A DNA stretch of 62,841 nucleotides, filler included, from Octopus bimaculoides (Eukaryota): NCBI RefSeq assembly GCF_001194135.2. It is 6 parts of 6 records of this genome, joined end to end, with 100 filler letters (N's around TTAATTAATTAA, not from the genome) between each part and the next. Parts side by side here need not be neighbours in the genome. Positions count along the whole stretch, not along the records: positions 60,826 to 62,841 come from NC_069008.1; 5 more parts are not named here. One strand, given 5' to 3'. Position 1 is the first letter of the stretch; each line of letters begins with the position of its first letter. A program made the position numbers and the translations under genes. Below are positions 62,517 to 62,841 of this stretch, piece after piece. Below the pieces are notes generated by a model, which was given only the letters and a program-made list of their open reading frames with translations, ran no database searches and was not told the origin of the DNA.

Positions 62517-62841
62517 TACTTACATACAGCAGTAGAGTGTGATTTTGAGGAAAATTTGGCTGCTGTTTCTAGCAGATCTAGCTATCATGTCGAGAGCCTC
62601 CATCTTTGGCTCATACAAATATCTATTTGTACGTAAGTCAGTAGGATATGGTTTGAGGGAGATTTGGCTGTTATATCTAGTAAATCGAGCCACCGTATGG
62701 AGGCTCCCTTGTTGGCTCATAGCCACAATGATGGTGGTGGTGATGATGATGATGACGATAGTGGTGATGGTGGGGTGGGGTTGTGTGATTTTTTTTTACT
62801 GTAGTGTGGTGGTGGTAGCGGTAGTGGTGGTGGTAGTGGTG

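Larger units (their letters stand above)
61434..62721 (+). repeat. Five copies of a structured module of about 85 bp (61434-61508, 61528-61612, 62224-62290, 62529-62614, 62639-62721)
   Basis: cagtag.gtgtgatttgagggagatttggctgctatttctagcaggtc.agc.a.catgt.gag.ctccctctttggctcata; most copies border (CATA)-type sequence. Confidence 0.85.

Overview
Repeat-saturated, gapped eukaryotic DNA. The SINE, microsatellite and transposon content points to a cephalopod, most likely Octopus (inference). The only confidently identified host gene is an SLC35E1-like nucleotide-sugar/triose-phosphate transporter on the minus strand. Two exons (3070-3140 and 1193-1330) have GT-AG boundaries and match the exon sizes I recall for the human gene. 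Its first coding exon is not visible and may lie in an N gap. The rest is mostly microsatellites, at least five tRNA-derived SINE families, mariner/Tc1 remnants and MITEs, Helitron/Helentron-like non-autonomous elements, and fragments of RTE, HERO-like and Dong/R4-like LINEs. There is also a decayed Penelope-like GIY-YIG endonuclease region and a decayed 5S rRNA pseudogene. The most striking pattern is a set of six sequence-unrelated minimal type-I hammerhead-ribozyme-like motifs (1697-1738, 2057-2082, 8435-8471, 11230-11269, about 29160-29195, 59908-59958). Most sit in short elements next to microsatellites; the four best-preserved have palindromic stem III, and three of those differ from the canonical catalytic core at a single position. 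One is fused to a 5'-truncated R4-like LINE at its predicted cleavage site. Several orphan exon candidates are reported at low confidence. All family names come from recalled motif resemblance, not database searches, and repeat boundaries are approximate.
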